Source: Trichosphaerium sp. ATCC 40318 (lineage: Eukaryota; Protista; Tubulinea). Taken from it: a stretch of DNA of 64,000 bases. Each line of letters begins with the position of its first letter. The first letter of the stretch is position 1. The stretch is from positions 103,560 to 167,559 of the forward strand of contig JALMLS010000510.1 of NCBI GenBank assembly GCA_038496445.1, written 5' to 3'. Both the position numbers and the translations under genes were made by a program. The notes below the pieces were generated by a model. The model saw only the letters and a list, made by a program, of their open reading frames with translations, did not search any database and had not been told where the DNA came from. Below, in pieces: positions 63,194 through 64,000 of this stretch.

Positions 63194-63710
63194 ACCATCT
63201 TTTTACATTTTGTTTTTATATTTTAATGGTTTTGATTAAGTCTACCAACAATGTTGTAATCGTTGTTCAGGTCTGAACATATGCATAGACACAATTTTGT
63301 ACTTTTATCAGTGAAGAATAGATTGGCATTGTTCTATGGTTGTCATCAGTCATTGGCCAATGTGGTCAAAGTGTATGTGTTGCTTAGTAAAAAAATGGTG
63401 AGTGGTATCCAAAGTGTAGCTATGGTGGTTATGGCATGCCTTAAAATTGATATCTTCAAGCTTGACCAATTTTAAAAGTTGCTGGGTTGTTTCTATCAAT
63501 ATTGAAATTGAGATTTTGACCTGTACTAACTCCATATGGAACCTGTACTTATGTGACCCATATACTTAACTTGTATGGGTTTCATACTATTGATTTATAC
63601 TTTAACCATACAGGTTACATACAGGTAAAGTACAAATTGTAATTATTGGATACACAACATACCTTTTTTTCTCATATAATGTACAGTGGTGGAATCAAAC
63701 AAAATACGCG

Positions 63711-63769
63711 TGCCTAAAACGTGCCATTTGCGTGGAAAATAAACATGCCCAAAACGTGCCATTTGCGTG
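63711..63769 (+). repeat. 24-nt direct repeat x2, TGCC(T/C)AAAACGTGCCATTTGCGTG
   Basis: Copies at 63711-63734 and 63746-63769. Confidence 0.85.
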
Positions 63770-64000
63770 TTGTATCCATGACCTGTCCTTAATAGAAATT
63801 TGGTCAAAAATTCAAAAATAAAAAATTGACAAACTCAAAACTCAACCATCTCACCCCAAAGCTGATCACTAACAATAAAACATGTATCTACAAGTAAACA
63901 GTAGTTATGTTTGTATCGGCATGGCTTTAAAAGTAGGCAAAAAATGTAAAAATACCCAAAAACCAACAATTTCTTGATTTTTCTATTTTTTGTGAATAAC

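Noticed and set aside
62988-63194. 68-aa minus-strand ORF MDKPGFDPGTSPMLRAC...
   Set aside because: Antisense shadow of the tRNA-Ala gene.
63822-63829. AAAATTGA mimivirus early-promoter motif
   Set aside because: Expected by chance in AT-rich DNA and not upstream of either intronless gene.
1-64000. Fragmented ORFs suggesting stop-codon reassignment or mass pseudogenisation
   Set aside because: The breaks I examined in conserved genes are explained by spliceosomal introns; TAA, TAG and TGA all serve as terminal stops.

Overview
AT-rich, gene-dense, intron-rich eukaryotic nuclear DNA using the standard code. The gene content (a MkkA-type PB1-kinase-F-box-WD40 MAPKKK, a Clu-domain protein, a helical-repeat nuclease family) suggests an amoebozoan-like protist; this is inference. 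I reconstructed about 24 protein genes by hand across many short introns, plus one tRNA-Ala(AGC). Recognisable genes: CH-domain protein, two secreted Zn-metalloproteases, Ras, histidine acid phosphatase, Mcp1/DUF1691-like protein, Na+/solute symporter, divergent EF-1alpha, GH16 glucanase, cyclin, RCC1-Clu giant protein, p24, MORN protein, MkkA-like MAPKKK, GON4L-like protein, INTS11, PDH E1-beta, ARID protein, STE20/PAK-type kinase and a DENN-ARM protein. Two intronless F-box + solenoid-repeat genes stand out. The strongest unexplained signal is a roughly 10-fold excess of the palindrome CACGTG (about 79 copies by hand count, many intronic). It coincides with an unusually large set of GC-AG introns, 7 of 10 starting G-CACGTG. 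Also notable: a U12-type intron, a possible EF-1alpha/EFL mosaic, a Ras carrying G12A + Q61H, a helical-repeat protein ending in a PD-(D/E)xK/RAP-like domain, and a CpG-free relic beside the tRNA. Spliced-gene boundaries are manual and approximate.
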